Shown one piece after another: positions 18,104 through 28,905 of a DNA stretch of 64,000 nucleotides. The stretch lies in assembly GCF_947501425.1 (NCBI RefSeq), contig NZ_CANMVN010000007.1, positions 98,197-162,196 of the forward strand. The letters are read 5' to 3'. This DNA comes from an uncultured Psychroserpens sp. (GTDB lineage: Bacteria > Bacteroidota > Bacteroidia > Flavobacteriales > Flavobacteriaceae). The notes beneath the pieces are model-generated. The model saw only the letters and a program-made list of their open reading frames with translations. It had not been told where the DNA came from and did not search any database. Each line of letters begins with the position of its first letter. Position 1 is the first letter of the stretch. A program made the translations under genes and the position numbers.

Positions 18104-20884
18104 TTAATCTAAGAAAAAGAAATTGTTTTGTTTAGGCTCACCTTTCGATCCAAGACTATTAAATTTCCAACTAAAACTTAGCATAAAGAACTGTTGCAGC
18201 ACTGTACTTTGTGAATCTTGAATAAAGTTTTGTGTAGCTCTTCGCCTTGCATTCGTATTTTGATTTAGTAAATCATACACTTTTAATGTTAATACAGCAT
18301 TGTCTTTCATAAACGAATAGGCTAAGGTAGAATTCCAAAACCATGCACTCCGCTGAAAACCTGGTGCAACATTAGGGTTGTATGCAAAATCTATGTTATT
18401 GGTCCATTCAAAATGTTTAGGTAGAAAGGTCGTTAAGTTTAAATCTAGATCGTGTCTAACGAAATCAACATCTTCAAACGTATCAATGTCATAACTATTC
18501 TTTGTAAATGTCAATCGGTATCTCGGTCTTAATTCTAGTACTTTTTTCCATGTAAAACGCAAACCTGCACTTGGTGTTAATGACGTCACGTTACTTTTGT
18601 ATTTCACCTCGTTATTAAAGTTGATATTTCGATTTAAACTTGTTGAAAACCCTAGGTCATACTTTATCGTTCTTAAAGAATCTGCTTTAAAGGTTTTACT
18701 GTAGTTGATATTTCCGTAGATATTATAATTTCCGCTAACATTAGCATAAGTTGTAGTACGCTTTAATGTTTCAGGATCCACTATGGTTCTTGACACCACT
18801 TGATTATTTTCAAAATTAGCACTCAAATAACTGTATACTCCTGTTTTTTTCTGAAAATCAAATGCGTTGTAACCAGCGTAGATTCTATGTCTGTTAGTAG
18901 GTTCTAAATTAGGGTTACCAGTTACAGTATTCAATGGGTTAGAGACATCTTCAAAAGGTTGCAACTGTGTTAAGCTAGGTGGCGAATTATTTAAAGAATA
19001 ACCACTGTAGATTGATGCTTTTTCACTAAATCTGTAGTTGAAATTTGTTCGTAATTCTAAGGCTTGAAAGCTTCGTTTTAAACTGAGTTCTGGTCTTAGA
19101 AAATCCTTATTCTCAAGAGTTCGAAACACATATCGCGTAGTAAAGCTTGTTGACCACTTCTCTTTTCTGTAGGTCAGCTTAACCGATGGTGTACTCTCTT
19201 GATTTAAATACTCAAAATCTGTACTGAGGTCAAAATTGAAATCATCAAACTCATTGGTATTAGTATCTCTATCAAAGGTACTTCTCAGACTTGTACGTTT
19301 ATCATCATTATAACTAAACTGAAAATCTAAAAACAATTCTTTAGCTTTGATGGGCAATCGATAAGTAGATGACAATCTCAACCTTCTAAAACTGGTTTCA
19401 CTATCCGTAAACTGATCTCTTATGATATCATCATCTGTACTATTAAAAAAGTTGGTTTCTGAGTTTAGAAAATCTTCAGACTCAGTGGTATCATAATCAT
19501 TGTTCATTGAAAACTTAAGAAAAGCGCCATTTGATCCAAACCGTTTTGTCAAATTAATACGATTCCCGAAATTCTTAGCGGTACTCTCTGTAAACGTAGC
19601 TAAAACAGATTGGTTGGTTGGATTATTATCTTCATCTCGTGTTTCTTCATTTTGATCGAAGGCTCTTTTAGATGAAGACCATCTAAATGAAGGGTCAATA
19701 TTGATTAGAAATGTAGAATCAACTTCAATATCAAAACCTACATTAGCACTATGATTTTCACCTTCGCTTAGAGATTTAGATCTGGAGTCTGAAAAGAAAC
19801 GCGAATCAGGTAAAATATTCTCTCGCTGCGTTACAGTTTCATTCTCAGAATCGCTAGCAGAAAGAAAATAATCTGCATTAACCTCGAGTTTCTCGCCAAT
19901 TGCATCGGCATAATTTGCACCAACATTTCTTGACGTTGTAATTCCTTGTCCGCCTCCAAATCCGCGACCATCAATTGAAAAGGAGCCATTACTACTTACA
20001 CTCATACTACTGGCATTACCAAACATGTTTTGGATTTCTCCAAAACTAAATCCGGGAGAATTAATATTGTTGCCTCCTGCGAGCACACTAATGCGTCTAT
20101 CGTTATTAAAAAAATTGATCATTCCTGCAAACTCATAGCGTTCATCTGTTCCGGCTCCTGCAGCTACACGTCCAAAGACACCTTTATTGTTTTCTTCCTT
20201 GATGGTAAGATTGATGGTTTTATTTTCTTTATCACCTTCTTCTCCTGCAAAGGCTTCAGATTTTGTTTTTGTGTCAGTAATCTGAACTTTCTCAATGATA
20301 TCTTTTGTTAAATTTCGAGTAGTAATGGTTGGATCATCACCAAAAAAGGGTTTACCATTAACCAGAATTTTGCTTACATCTTTACCGTTTATAGTGATCT
20401 TCCCTGCTTCATCGACCTCTACACCTGGTAACTGTTTCAGTAAGTCTTCAACATTCGCATCTTTCTTAGTTTTAAAAGAGGCTACATTAAACTCTAATGT
20501 ATCCTTTTTTACAGTAATAGGTGATCTGGATTTAATGATAACCTCATCTAAGGCATTACTAATTTCCAATTGAATGGTTTTTAAATCAAAATTCTCTTTG
20601 TCAATTGTTATTTGTTTGTAGTAAGTTTTATAGCCTACGTAATCTATAAATAAATTGAGTTTATCATCATAAGTTTCATTAATCAATTCAAACTTTCCGT
20701 TTTTATCTGAAATGGTGTACGTCACTAAGCTACTATCTTTAATCCGTTCAAGATATATGGTAGCTGACTCTAGAGGTTCCTTATTATCTTCGGAAAGTAT
20801 TGTTCCAAAAATTTTAAAGGATTTAGATTGTGAAAAGGATAGTGAAACACTGAGAAGTGCGATGAAAAAAACGATTTTCTTCAT
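18104..20884 (-). CDS. Outer-membrane beta-barrel / TonB-dependent-receptor-like protein
   Basis: Signal peptide, carboxypeptidase-regulatory-like domain, plug (EDLLKQLPGVEVD), GNPNLEP, C-terminal FSWKF strand. Confidence 0.82.
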   Translation of the reverse strand: MKKIVFFIALLSVSLSFSQSKSFKIFGTILSEDNKEPLESATIYLERIKDSSLVTYTISDKNGKFELINETYDDKLNLFIDYVGYKTYYKQITIDKENFDLKTIQLEISNALDEVIIKSRSPITVKKDTLEFNVASFKTKKDANVEDLLKQLPGVEVDEAGKITINGKDVSKILVNGKPFFGDDPTITTRNLTKDIIEKVQITDTKTKSEAFAGEEGDKENKTINLTIKEENNKGVFGRVAAGAGTDERYEFAGMINFFNNDRRISVLAGGNNINSPGFSFGEIQNMFGNASSMSVSSNGSFSIDGRGFGGGQGITTSRNVGANYADAIGEKLEVNADYFLSASDSENETVTQRENILPDSRFFSDSRSKSLSEGENHSANVGFDIEVDSTFLINIDPSFRWSSSKRAFDQNEETRDEDNNPTNQSVLATFTESTAKNFGNRINLTKRFGSNGAFLKFSMNNDYDTTESEDFLNSETNFFNSTDDDIIRDQFTDSETSFRRLRLSSTYRLPIKAKELFLDFQFSYNDDKRTSLRSTFDRDTNTNEFDDFNFDLSTDFEYLNQESTPSVKLTYRKEKWSTSFTTRYVFRTLENKDFLRPELSLKRSFQALELRTNFNYRFSEKASIYSGYSLNNSPPSLTQLQPFEDVSNPLNTVTGNPNLEPTNRHRIYAGYNAFDFQKKTGVYSYLSANFENNQVVSRTIVDPETLKRTTTYANVSGNYNIYGNINYSKTFKADSLRTIKYDLGFSTSLNRNINFNNEVKYKSNVTSLTPSAGLRFTWKKVLELRPRYRLTFTKNSYDIDTFEDVDFVRHDLDLNLTTFLPKHFEWTNNIDFAYNPNVAPGFQRSAWFWNSTLAYSFMKDNAVLTLKVYDLLNQNTNARRRATQNFIQDSQSTVLQQFFMLSFSWKFNSLGSKGEPKQNNFFFLD

Positions 20885-20980
20885 GAGGTTGATTGATTGA
20901 TGGATGATTAATAGTTCTTCTAAAAACGCAAGTAAAGCTATTTTCGTATGAATTTTCTTAATTTTTTTATAAAAGACAGC

Positions 20981-21181
20981 TTATTCTCCTTCTTCTAAAA
21001 AGAATAACTCTTCAACAGGCAATTTAAATAGCTTAGCAATTTTAATTGCTAATAATGCTGATGGCACGTACTTACCCTTTTCGATTGCATTAATAGATTG
21101 TCTGCTCACACCTATCTTTTCAGCAAGATCACCTTGTGTCATATTGTATCTTGCACGTTCTATTTTGATATTATTCTTCAT
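20981..21181 (-). CDS. XRE/Cro-type HTH transcriptional regulator
   Basis: MTQGDLAEKIGVSRQSINAIEKGKYVPS..LA.KIA.LF. Confidence 0.92.
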   Translation of the reverse strand: MKNNIKIERARYNMTQGDLAEKIGVSRQSINAIEKGKYVPSALLAIKIAKLFKLPVEELFFLEEGE

Positions 21182-21647
21182 TGTATGATCTGTATTTTAA
21201 AAAGTTAAATCTGACAATAAAAAACAGTAATGGCGTAAACATATTATAAACTAAGACATCAAAAAAGGTAAACTCATAAATGAAAATTATGGCTAACATT
21301 AAGATAATATAATTAAAGATTATTGCCCAAACTAAGGAGTCTTTTCTAAGTTTATAAATGAATTCATCCTCAACTTTTTCTTTGGAAAACCCAACCATAA
21401 GTCCACCTATAATAATTGCTATGGCAATGATTTCATCTAAAATACTATTCTCAATGATTTTAAAAAATCCTGATTCGTCATCATTTGAGAAAATGGTATT
21501 ATCGTTGTAAATGGCCAATACATTTGTTTTTAATACCTCTGATTCAAATTCAGACAGCATTAAAAAAACACCTACAACGAGACCAACTATCAATAAAATC
21601 CAACCTGGAATCTTGTATTTATTCGATATTAAATAATTTGATTTCAT
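21171..21647 (-). CDS. Four-TM membrane protein co-transcribed with the XRE gene
   Basis: Hydrophobic helices, FSKEKVEDEFI motif; stop overlaps the XRE start. Confidence 0.75.
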   Translation of the reverse strand: MKSNYLISNKYKIPGWILLIVGLVVGVFLMLSEFESEVLKTNVLAIYNDNTIFSNDDESGFFKIIENSILDEIIAIAIIIGGLMVGFSKEKVEDEFIYKLRKDSLVWAIIFNYIILMLAIIFIYEFTFFDVLVYNMFTPLLFFIVRFNFLKYRSYNEE

Positions 21648-21669
21648 GAGTTTTAAATTAAAATTACAT

Positions 21670-21722
21670 TACAAAAGTAAACAAAAATTTACAAAATGTA
21701 AACTTTACTTTACTTTTTGTAA
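21670..21722. promoter_or_regulatory. Putative operator with clustered GTAAA/TTTAC inverted half-sites
   Basis: GTAAA at 21677 and 21698; TTTAC at 21688, 21704 and 21709; upstream of the membrane protein-XRE operon. Confidence 0.45.
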
Positions 21723-21779
21723 AAAATAATTACTTTTCACATCAAAAAAAATCGAGCTAAAAGGTATAACGATTAGGTC

Positions 21780-24215
21780 TTATCGCTTTAAAGTGAAGTG
21801 ATTCTTAAATGTTCTACCATCTTCTAAGGTAGCTGAAAACCAATAGTCGCTGGATGGAAGTGGTTCTCCATTGAAGGTGCCATCCCAAAAATCAAAAGGC
21901 GAGTTTAACGTGTAAAGTAATTTTCCGAAGCGATCAAAAATAAAGACTTTACTATTGGGCTGAAATTGTTCTGATAGTCCTTTTAGTTGCCAAGTATCAT
22001 TAAATCCGTCGCCATTTGGTGTAAAAAACTTGGGATAACCTATTACAGATACATCTTCTGCTACAACTCCACAATCATTTTTAACATCTTTAATATAAAC
22101 CGTGTAGATTCCAGCATTGATATTTTGGAATGTATTAGATTCCTGATAAGGACCATCACTACTCACATTAGAGTATTCGTATTCACCCTCTCCAGACACC
22201 AAAATACTAATGGAGTTGTTAGAGGATACATCTTCAACAATAATATCTTCTACAGTAGCAATATTGGAAGCCTGTACATTAATAATACGTTCATTGGTAC
22301 AGCCATCAGGCTCTGTTACTTGAACAGTATAAGTACCAACCTCATTAATTTCTATAGTCATCGTGGTTTCTCCAGTAGACCAGTTATAGTAAAAATTATT
22401 AGGAATATCATTCACTATGCCACCACTTAGTGTTATGGTTTCAGGAAAAGTGTTCAGGCAATAATAAATGGTTTCAAAAGTATCATTCAATTGTGGTAAG
22501 CCTTTAACCCTTAATGTGACTTCGTTAATACCATAACAATCTGAGTCATTATTAACTCTTGCGAAAATAATTTGTTCATTTTGAACTTCATTGAAATACA
22601 TATCGGGCAAACTATTTTCTTCTAATAAAGCATCTTCATAAGTGGCATAATACGCTACTGAGGCTCCCAAAGGGGCTCCTGACAAGACTTGATTATCTGC
22701 CATAGACAGATCAAAGAATACAAATCCGTCCTCAACAAGATCATCACAAGTTTCAATAACTGCGGTACTACTTCCGGAGACAACAACCTCCAGTGTAACC
22801 TCTGCTAAATTTATACAACCAGTTTCTGTATCTACAACTTGTGCATAAATAATTTGCGGATTTAAGGTGTTTGTATAATCGCCTGCATTGATTTGAATCG
22901 TTAATTCGACATCTTCATAATACTCAATAGTTCTATTTTCAGTTGTACCACCAGAAATCAGTTCGAAAGAATTATTGATATTGAATGAAGTAATTCCATC
23001 CTGAACACTATCATCACATTGCACAATAGTAGTATCAATGGCATCTGGAAGATCAGGAACAGTGACTGTTATTGGTGTTCTCGGACCACTAGCACATCCA
23101 TCAAAAAGCGGCAACACCCAAAAAGTCGTCGTGCTCTCTAGAAAAACATCATAATTGAGGCCTTCATTCAAAAGCTCTGATGATGACGGTGTTTCATACC
23201 ATTGAACAGTATCGGTATTAGAAGTTAAGCTTACACTTGCACTACCTTCATTACAAATCAGAATATCGTCATATACTAATTTTGGTGTTATTATAATCGA
23301 ACTTGCCGACAAGTTAACCTCAGGATCTCCGGGCATACCTCCAAATTCAACAAAAAACCCTCTTGGATAATACGGACTGTCAGGACCTCCTGGATCTCCA
23401 GCATTCGGGAGGTCGTTCCATGACCCAATATTACCAATACTAGGATCTGTAATATGAGCATAATCCTCATCGCCGAAATTGTTTGGCTCTCCAGCATTCC
23501 AAAATGAAAACTCGTCATTAACAGGCTCACCATTTACCGATCCCATCCAAAATATGGTACCAGCCTCAGGACCAGTAACCCATCTCCAGGTCTCCTCTGC
23601 TCCAGCATCACTAGCGCCAATCCAACCTGTTCCCGGACTTTGTTCTCCAGCAAATTGCGACTCCTCCTCAGATGTTAAAGTTGCCAAATATCCTTGCAAT
23701 CCAAAATATGTAAGATCTTCAGCTGCATTGAGAGCTCCTGTCCAGGTAATACCGTCACTAGGAACATACAGATAATAATGCCCAGTAGATGGTAAGTAGT
23801 TAGCATCTCCTAGATTGATTGAGAATAATTTGTCCTGCGTAAAATTAGTTTGAGTGGTTTGAAATGTGACATTACTTATTGCATCTGTAAATTCTGTGAA
23901 ACTCGCAGGACCTGCTAATGTCAATTTACCTTCGGTCACAGACCAACTTGACGTAATGTTAGGATAGGTTCCGTTTAAAACTAAAAGATCTTGATTGATT
24001 GTATATCCTTCGGAAATTTGAACAAACACATTCTCCAAAGTGTTGTCACCAGCATCAGGATCAGAAATAGAAACACTGGTTACAATGTTCATTGGAGCAC
24101 TTCCGCAGAATTCTTGATTCCCTTCTACAGTAATTGCCGGAGGAACGTTTTGGGCGTAGTTATATTCAGAAATACTGAATATAATGACTAACACCAAAAA
24201 CCACTTCCATTTCAT
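21780..24215 (-). CDS. T9SS type-B cargo protein with C-type lectin-like domain and Ig-like repeats
   Basis: Likely start MKWKW at 24215 (the track's 24251 overlaps der). CTLD: WIGASD...GEPNN...WND. CTD: YPKFFTPNGDGFNDTW...IFDRFGKLL...SDYWF...HFTLKR. Confidence 0.88.
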   Translation of the reverse strand: MKWKWFLVLVIIFSISEYNYAQNVPPAITVEGNQEFCGSAPMNIVTSVSISDPDAGDNTLENVFVQISEGYTINQDLLVLNGTYPNITSSWSVTEGKLTLAGPASFTEFTDAISNVTFQTTQTNFTQDKLFSINLGDANYLPSTGHYYLYVPSDGITWTGALNAAEDLTYFGLQGYLATLTSEEESQFAGEQSPGTGWIGASDAGAEETWRWVTGPEAGTIFWMGSVNGEPVNDEFSFWNAGEPNNFGDEDYAHITDPSIGNIGSWNDLPNAGDPGGPDSPYYPRGFFVEFGGMPGDPEVNLSASSIIITPKLVYDDILICNEGSASVSLTSNTDTVQWYETPSSSELLNEGLNYDVFLESTTTFWVLPLFDGCASGPRTPITVTVPDLPDAIDTTIVQCDDSVQDGITSFNINNSFELISGGTTENRTIEYYEDVELTIQINAGDYTNTLNPQIIYAQVVDTETGCINLAEVTLEVVVSGSSTAVIETCDDLVEDGFVFFDLSMADNQVLSGAPLGASVAYYATYEDALLEENSLPDMYFNEVQNEQIIFARVNNDSDCYGINEVTLRVKGLPQLNDTFETIYYCLNTFPETITLSGGIVNDIPNNFYYNWSTGETTMTIEINEVGTYTVQVTEPDGCTNERIINVQASNIATVEDIIVEDVSSNNSISILVSGEGEYEYSNVSSDGPYQESNTFQNINAGIYTVYIKDVKNDCGVVAEDVSVIGYPKFFTPNGDGFNDTWQLKGLSEQFQPNSKVFIFDRFGKLLYTLNSPFDFWDGTFNGEPLPSSDYWFSATLEDGRTFKNHFTLKR

Positions 24216-24228
24216 AATTAAACACCGA

Positions 24229-25539
24229 TTATTTTTTTCGCATATATACACTCACAGGAACACCTGTAAAATTAAAATGTTCACGTAAATTGTTTTCTAA
24301 AAAACGTTTATAAGGCTCTCTTACGTATTGTGGTAAATTACAAAAAAATGCAAATTGCGGTTGTGGTGTTGGCAATTGCATAATGTATTTGATTTTTACA
24401 AATTTACCTTTGTAAGCTGGAGGTGGATAATTTTCTATGATGGGTAGTAAAACTTCATTAAGCTTACTGGTCTTTATCTTCTTAGTTCTGTTTTCATAAA
24501 CTTCAACTGCAGTTTCAATAGCTTTGAAGATACGTTGCTTATTCAATACTGAAATAAATACAATTGGCACATCTGTGAAAGGTTCAATTTCTTTTCTAAT
24601 CACACGTTCAAAATCTCTTGTAGATTTTGTGTCTTTTTCAATAAGATCCCATTTGTTTACCAGAATTACTATTCCTTTACGATTTCGCTCAGCTAACCAA
24701 AATATGTTTTGAACCTGTCCATCAAAACCACGAGTAGCATCGAGCACTAACAAGCATACATCGCAATGCTCAATAGCTCTAACACTTCTCATTACAGAAT
24801 AGAACTCCAAATCCTCTTTTACTTTAGATTTACGTCGTATACCAGCAGTATCAACTAAATTAAACTCAAATCCGAAACGATTGTATTTGGTATCTATTGA
24901 ATCTCTGGTAGTACCAGCAATATCTGTAACTATATAGCGATCTTCACCAATAAGTGCATTGATAAAAGATGATTTTCCTGCATTTGGACGACCAACTACA
25001 GCAAATCTAGGTAGCTGATCTTCATCGTTTTCTTCTTCTTCTTTTTCAGGAAGTGCTTCAACCAAAGCATCGAGCAAGTCTCCTGTTCCACTTCCATTTA
25101 TACTTGCAATCGTGTAGTATTCACCTAAACCTAGAGAATAAAATTCTACAGCGTCTTCAGCACGTTTATTATTATCTACTTTATTGACTGTTAAAAATAC
25201 TGGTTTATCGACCTTTCTAAGTAGTCGGGCAACATCCTCATCCATACCTGTTACTCCTGTTTCAACATCAACCATAAAAATGATTGCATCGGCTTCATCA
25301 ATAGCCAATTCGACTTGTTTATCGATTTCGGCTTCAAAGACATCATCGCTACCTTTAACATATCCACCAGTATCAATTAGAGAAAACTCCTTACCGTTCC
25401 AATCACTTTTACCGTAATGCCTATCTCTTGTTACACCACTAACGGCATCAACAATAGCCTCTCGACGTTGGATCAAGCGATTAAAAAATGTAGACTTCCC
25501 TACGTTTGGACGACCTACTATAGCAACTATATTACTCAT
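24229..25539 (-). CDS. der: Ribosome biogenesis GTPase Der
   Basis: Two G domains ([18 protein letters not shown]), DTGG/DTAG, NKVD/NKWD. Confidence 0.98.
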   Translation of the reverse strand: MSNIVAIVGRPNVGKSTFFNRLIQRREAIVDAVSGVTRDRHYGKSDWNGKEFSLIDTGGYVKGSDDVFEAEIDKQVELAIDEADAIIFMVDVETGVTGMDEDVARLLRKVDKPVFLTVNKVDNNKRAEDAVEFYSLGLGEYYTIASINGSGTGDLLDALVEALPEKEEEENDEDQLPRFAVVGRPNAGKSSFINALIGEDRYIVTDIAGTTRDSIDTKYNRFGFEFNLVDTAGIRRKSKVKEDLEFYSVMRSVRAIEHCDVCLLVLDATRGFDGQVQNIFWLAERNRKGIVILVNKWDLIEKDTKSTRDFERVIRKEIEPFTDVPIVFISVLNKQRIFKAIETAVEVYENRTKKIKTSKLNEVLLPIIENYPPPAYKGKFVKIKYIMQLPTPQPQFAFFCNLPQYVREPYKRFLENNLREHFNFTGVPVSVYMRKK

Positions 25540-25678
25540 AACTTTTATTTTCCTTCAGGAATAGTCTGCAAAAATACTAAATATGACACGATGCAGCGTA
25601 AATTTTACGTTAAACATTAGGTTGTATGTCATGTTTGAATAAAAAATAGTAATTTGAGATACTATATCAAAATAAAAA

Positions 25679-26200
25679 ATGTCAACCGCAACTAATGAAA
25701 TCGTTTTAAGACCTCGCTTTAAATTTAAGGTCAAGCAAGACAATGAAAGTCTTTTAAAAATATTTGAGGACACAAAAAACACACAACAAAACTTTGTTGT
25801 ATCGCGTGTAGATGATCATGTATTTATAAAAATACCAAAAGCCAAACAGCATTTTTGGTCGCCACAATTGCATTTAGAAATTAATGAAGACGAGGACACA
25901 AAAGGCAGTACTATATATGGCCTTTTTGGACCCAATCCAACGGTTTGGACCATGTTTATGTTTTTTCATTTTATTGTAGCTGGATTATTTATTGGCTTTG
26001 GCATCTGGACTTATGTCAATTGGTCTTTAGAGACAGACTATGCCATCCAATTATTTGTGACATTACTCATGATAGTACTTTGGTTTGCTCTATATTTTGG
26101 TGGCCGATTAGGAAAAAAAACAGGAATGGGTGAAATGCATGAGTTGCATCACTTTATGCGAGATACCTTAAGAAGTAAAGACATTCATGCTATTGAATAA
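25679..26200 (+). CDS. Hypothetical two-TM membrane protein
   Basis: LRPRF, HFWSPQLHLEI, GPNPTVWT; two C-terminal hydrophobic helices. Confidence 0.7.
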   Translation: MSTATNEIVLRPRFKFKVKQDNESLLKIFEDTKNTQQNFVVSRVDDHVFIKIPKAKQHFWSPQLHLEINEDEDTKGSTIYGLFGPNPTVWTMFMFFHFIVAGLFIGFGIWTYVNWSLETDYAIQLFVTLLMIVLWFALYFGGRLGKKTGMGEMHELHHFMRDTLRSKDIHAIE

Positions 26201-26222
26201 AAACTGGATTCATCAATACAAA

Positions 26223-26251
26223 AAGGTCTTAGCAAAAAACACTAAGACCTT
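26223..26251. terminator. Hairpin between convergent genes, probable bidirectional terminator
   Basis: Perfect 10-bp stem AAGGTCTTAG / CTAAGACCTT with a 9-nt loop. Confidence 0.65.
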
Positions 26252-26271
26252 AAATAGTAAAAAGTCAATTT

Positions 26272-27801
26272 TTATTCTTCGTTCTCGTAAATAGAGATGG
26301 TTCCACTATCTTCATTAGAAATAATCACCAATGGTTTTCCGCTTGGGCTATTTTCTGCTGAAACTGCTAAAACACCTTCAGGTGCATAATCTGTTGCACG
26401 TTGTAATATTTGTACATATTGAGGTGACATTGGATTACTAATATCAAATACCATAACTTGGCTATTGCGTTCAAGACCAACAAATAAAATGGTTTTCTCA
26501 TTAATTTTTATTACTTCTACAGCTTCAGGCTCTGCTCCTTTATCATCGCTTCTTTTATCTGTTTCATTATCTTCCCAATCCCAGTTAAATCGTTCTGGAG
26601 TTTGGCTCAATACAATTTCAGAAATATCATTTCCGCTATCATAAAGTAACCCTCCTGTTGTTGACCATATACTAAATGAACGTGCTCCATAATTGTAGAT
26701 TTCATCTGTATCACCATCGTTATCTGTATCACCTAATGTAGTTGTAATCTTTAATCTACCTAAGTTCACTTCATTTTGATAATCATTAGATTGTGGGAAC
26801 ACTGTTTCATCTAAAGTCAGATCTTCAACACGCTCTTCTTCACTAAATCCATCATAATCTCTGGCATCACCTTCATTAGCAGAAATAATGTACTCAGTGC
26901 CATTTATACTTGTATAAGTAATCGCATCTGGTTGATACATCCCAAAGACTGGCCAATTTTTAAGTGTTTCTTCCTGATCTTTGTCTGATGCATCTATAGA
27001 ATTCATCGGGTTATTATAATCTTTAAAACCTAATGGATAGATTGCTTCTATAGTTTTAGAAACTAGATTAATTCTTGCAATTCCATTATTCTCCTGAAGG
27101 GAGACCCAAGCTGTTTGAGAGTCATCAGATACGGCAATGTATTCTGGTTCCACATCAGTAGCTAAATCTGCTCCTGGACCAAATACTCTAAATCCCTGAC
27201 TTTCGAGAGTTGCTTCCTGAGCATTGAAAGCTGTAAAATCTAATATAGTTACAGAATCATCATTTAAATCGATAATACTGATTGTACCCATAGGATCAAC
27301 ATCATAATCATCATTAGGCTCACCTTCATTAGCTGATAACAACAAATTTCCATCCTTAGAATAGGTTACCATATCTGGAAGCGCACCTACTGTGTATTGA
27401 TTTATCATCATTCCTGTTTCAGTATTAAAAACAATAATTTGACCAGGATTTTGCTTTACTGGTGCTTCAACAGCTACTGCCAAATTACCTTCATATACCG
27501 ACACGCTGTTAGGTGTCCCAAAGGCCGAAATGGATAAAGGAGTTAATAAAACTGGGGAATTTAAATTAGATAAATCATACACCGATATTTCATTACTTTC
27601 AACGTTCACAGTAAATAATTTATTGGTATCTGGATCAAAGGCCGAAATTTCTGAAGATCCTTCACCTCCAACATTAATTGTGGACTTAAACTGAAAATTA
27701 ATTGCAGTTGGTGATGGCGTTGATGCTGAATCATCGTCATCTGCACAACTGCATAGTATTGTTATTAAAAATAATGCTAGAAATCTGTTTAAATGTTTCA
27801 T
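26272..27801 (-). CDS. Choice-of-anchor I family lipoprotein (stand-alone beta-propeller)
   Basis: Likely start MKHLN at 27801; LCS-C lipobox + ADDDD; ANEGEP, VEPEY, LQENN, GMYQPD, RSDDKGAEPE, GLER motifs. Confidence 0.78.
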   Translation of the reverse strand: MKHLNRFLALFLITILCSCADDDDSASTPSPTAINFQFKSTINVGGEGSSEISAFDPDTNKLFTVNVESNEISVYDLSNLNSPVLLTPLSISAFGTPNSVSVYEGNLAVAVEAPVKQNPGQIIVFNTETGMMINQYTVGALPDMVTYSKDGNLLLSANEGEPNDDYDVDPMGTISIIDLNDDSVTILDFTAFNAQEATLESQGFRVFGPGADLATDVEPEYIAVSDDSQTAWVSLQENNGIARINLVSKTIEAIYPLGFKDYNNPMNSIDASDKDQEETLKNWPVFGMYQPDAITYTSINGTEYIISANEGDARDYDGFSEEERVEDLTLDETVFPQSNDYQNEVNLGRLKITTTLGDTDNDGDTDEIYNYGARSFSIWSTTGGLLYDSGNDISEIVLSQTPERFNWDWEDNETDKRSDDKGAEPEAVEVIKINEKTILFVGLERNSQVMVFDISNPMSPQYVQILQRATDYAPEGVLAVSAENSPSGKPLVIISNEDSGTISIYENEE

Positions 27802-27886
27802 GTTTTTTTGGTTTGTTAATTGAACCATAAAAATGAAACAAGCATTTTAAATGAAAGTTAACTTAAATACACTAAACCTTTACGAT

Positions 27887-28768
27887 TTACTTCTGATTGT
27901 AACCAAAACGTTTCAGCTGTCTTTGATCGCTTCGCCAATTCTTATTGACCTTTACATACAATTCTAAATGCACCTGTTTACCAAAAAATTGTTCTAGGTC
28001 TTTTCTAGCTTCAATACCAACACGTTTAAGAGCACTTCCTTTATGACCAATAATGATCCCTTTTTGAGTATCACGCTCTACCATAATTACTGAACGCATT
28101 CTAATAATTTGCTCCTCTTCAAAAAACTCTTCAGTATCAATTTCTACAGCATATGGAATCTCTTTTTTGTAGTGCATTAAGATCTTCTCTCGTATGGTCT
28201 CGTTTACAAAAAAACGTTCTGGTTTATCTGTTAACTGATCTTTAGGGTAAAATGCAGGAGATTCTGGTAATAACTCGATAATGCGATTAAATACCTCTTT
28301 AACATTAAACCCTTCTAATGCTGAAATTGGAAATATTTCAGCATTTGGCACTTTTTCAGACCACAGTTGAACCTGAGCTTCTAATTGCTCCTGATCAGAC
28401 TTATCAATCTTATTCAACAGTAAAAGTACTGGTATCTTTGAATTGGTAATCTTTTTGAAAAAGGCTTCATCTTTAAGTTCTTTCTCTCCAATTTCAACCA
28501 TGTAGATAAGTACATCTGCATCTTCAAAAGCCGATTTTACAAAATCCATCATAGACTGTTGCAACTCGTATGCTGGTTTGATTATACCAGGTGTATCACT
28601 AAGAATGACTTGAAAATTTTCACCATTAACAATACCTAAGATGCGATGTCTAGTCGTTTGGGCTTTTGAGGTTATGATTGATAACTTCTCACCAATAAAC
28701 GCATTCATCAATGTAGATTTCCCAACATTAGGGTTACCAATAATATTTACAAAACCTGCTTTGTGCAT
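27887..28768 (-). CDS. era: GTPase Era
   Basis: GNPNVGKSTL, QTTRHRI, DTPG, NKID, KH domain (IIIGHKG..LK). Confidence 0.98.
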   Translation of the reverse strand: MHKAGFVNIIGNPNVGKSTLMNAFIGEKLSIITSKAQTTRHRILGIVNGENFQVILSDTPGIIKPAYELQQSMMDFVKSAFEDADVLIYMVEIGEKELKDEAFFKKITNSKIPVLLLLNKIDKSDQEQLEAQVQLWSEKVPNAEIFPISALEGFNVKEVFNRIIELLPESPAFYPKDQLTDKPERFFVNETIREKILMHYKKEIPYAVEIDTEEFFEEEQIIRMRSVIMVERDTQKGIIIGHKGSALKRVGIEARKDLEQFFGKQVHLELYVKVNKNWRSDQRQLKRFGYNQK

Positions 28769-28905
28769 AATAATACTTTTTGCAAAGTTACAATCTTTAA
28801 TGCTTAAAGTCTAATACAGTCCAATTACCTCTAACAACATGACAAAAATCAGGCTTTTTGAACTGCAAAAGCCATAATTTTATAGATATATAATTCGTTG
28901 CACTT

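Noticed and set aside
25596-25610. CGTAAA-T-TTTACG palindrome between der and the divergent membrane-protein gene
   Set aside because: Short, AT-rich and single; plausible by chance and no linked regulator is evident.
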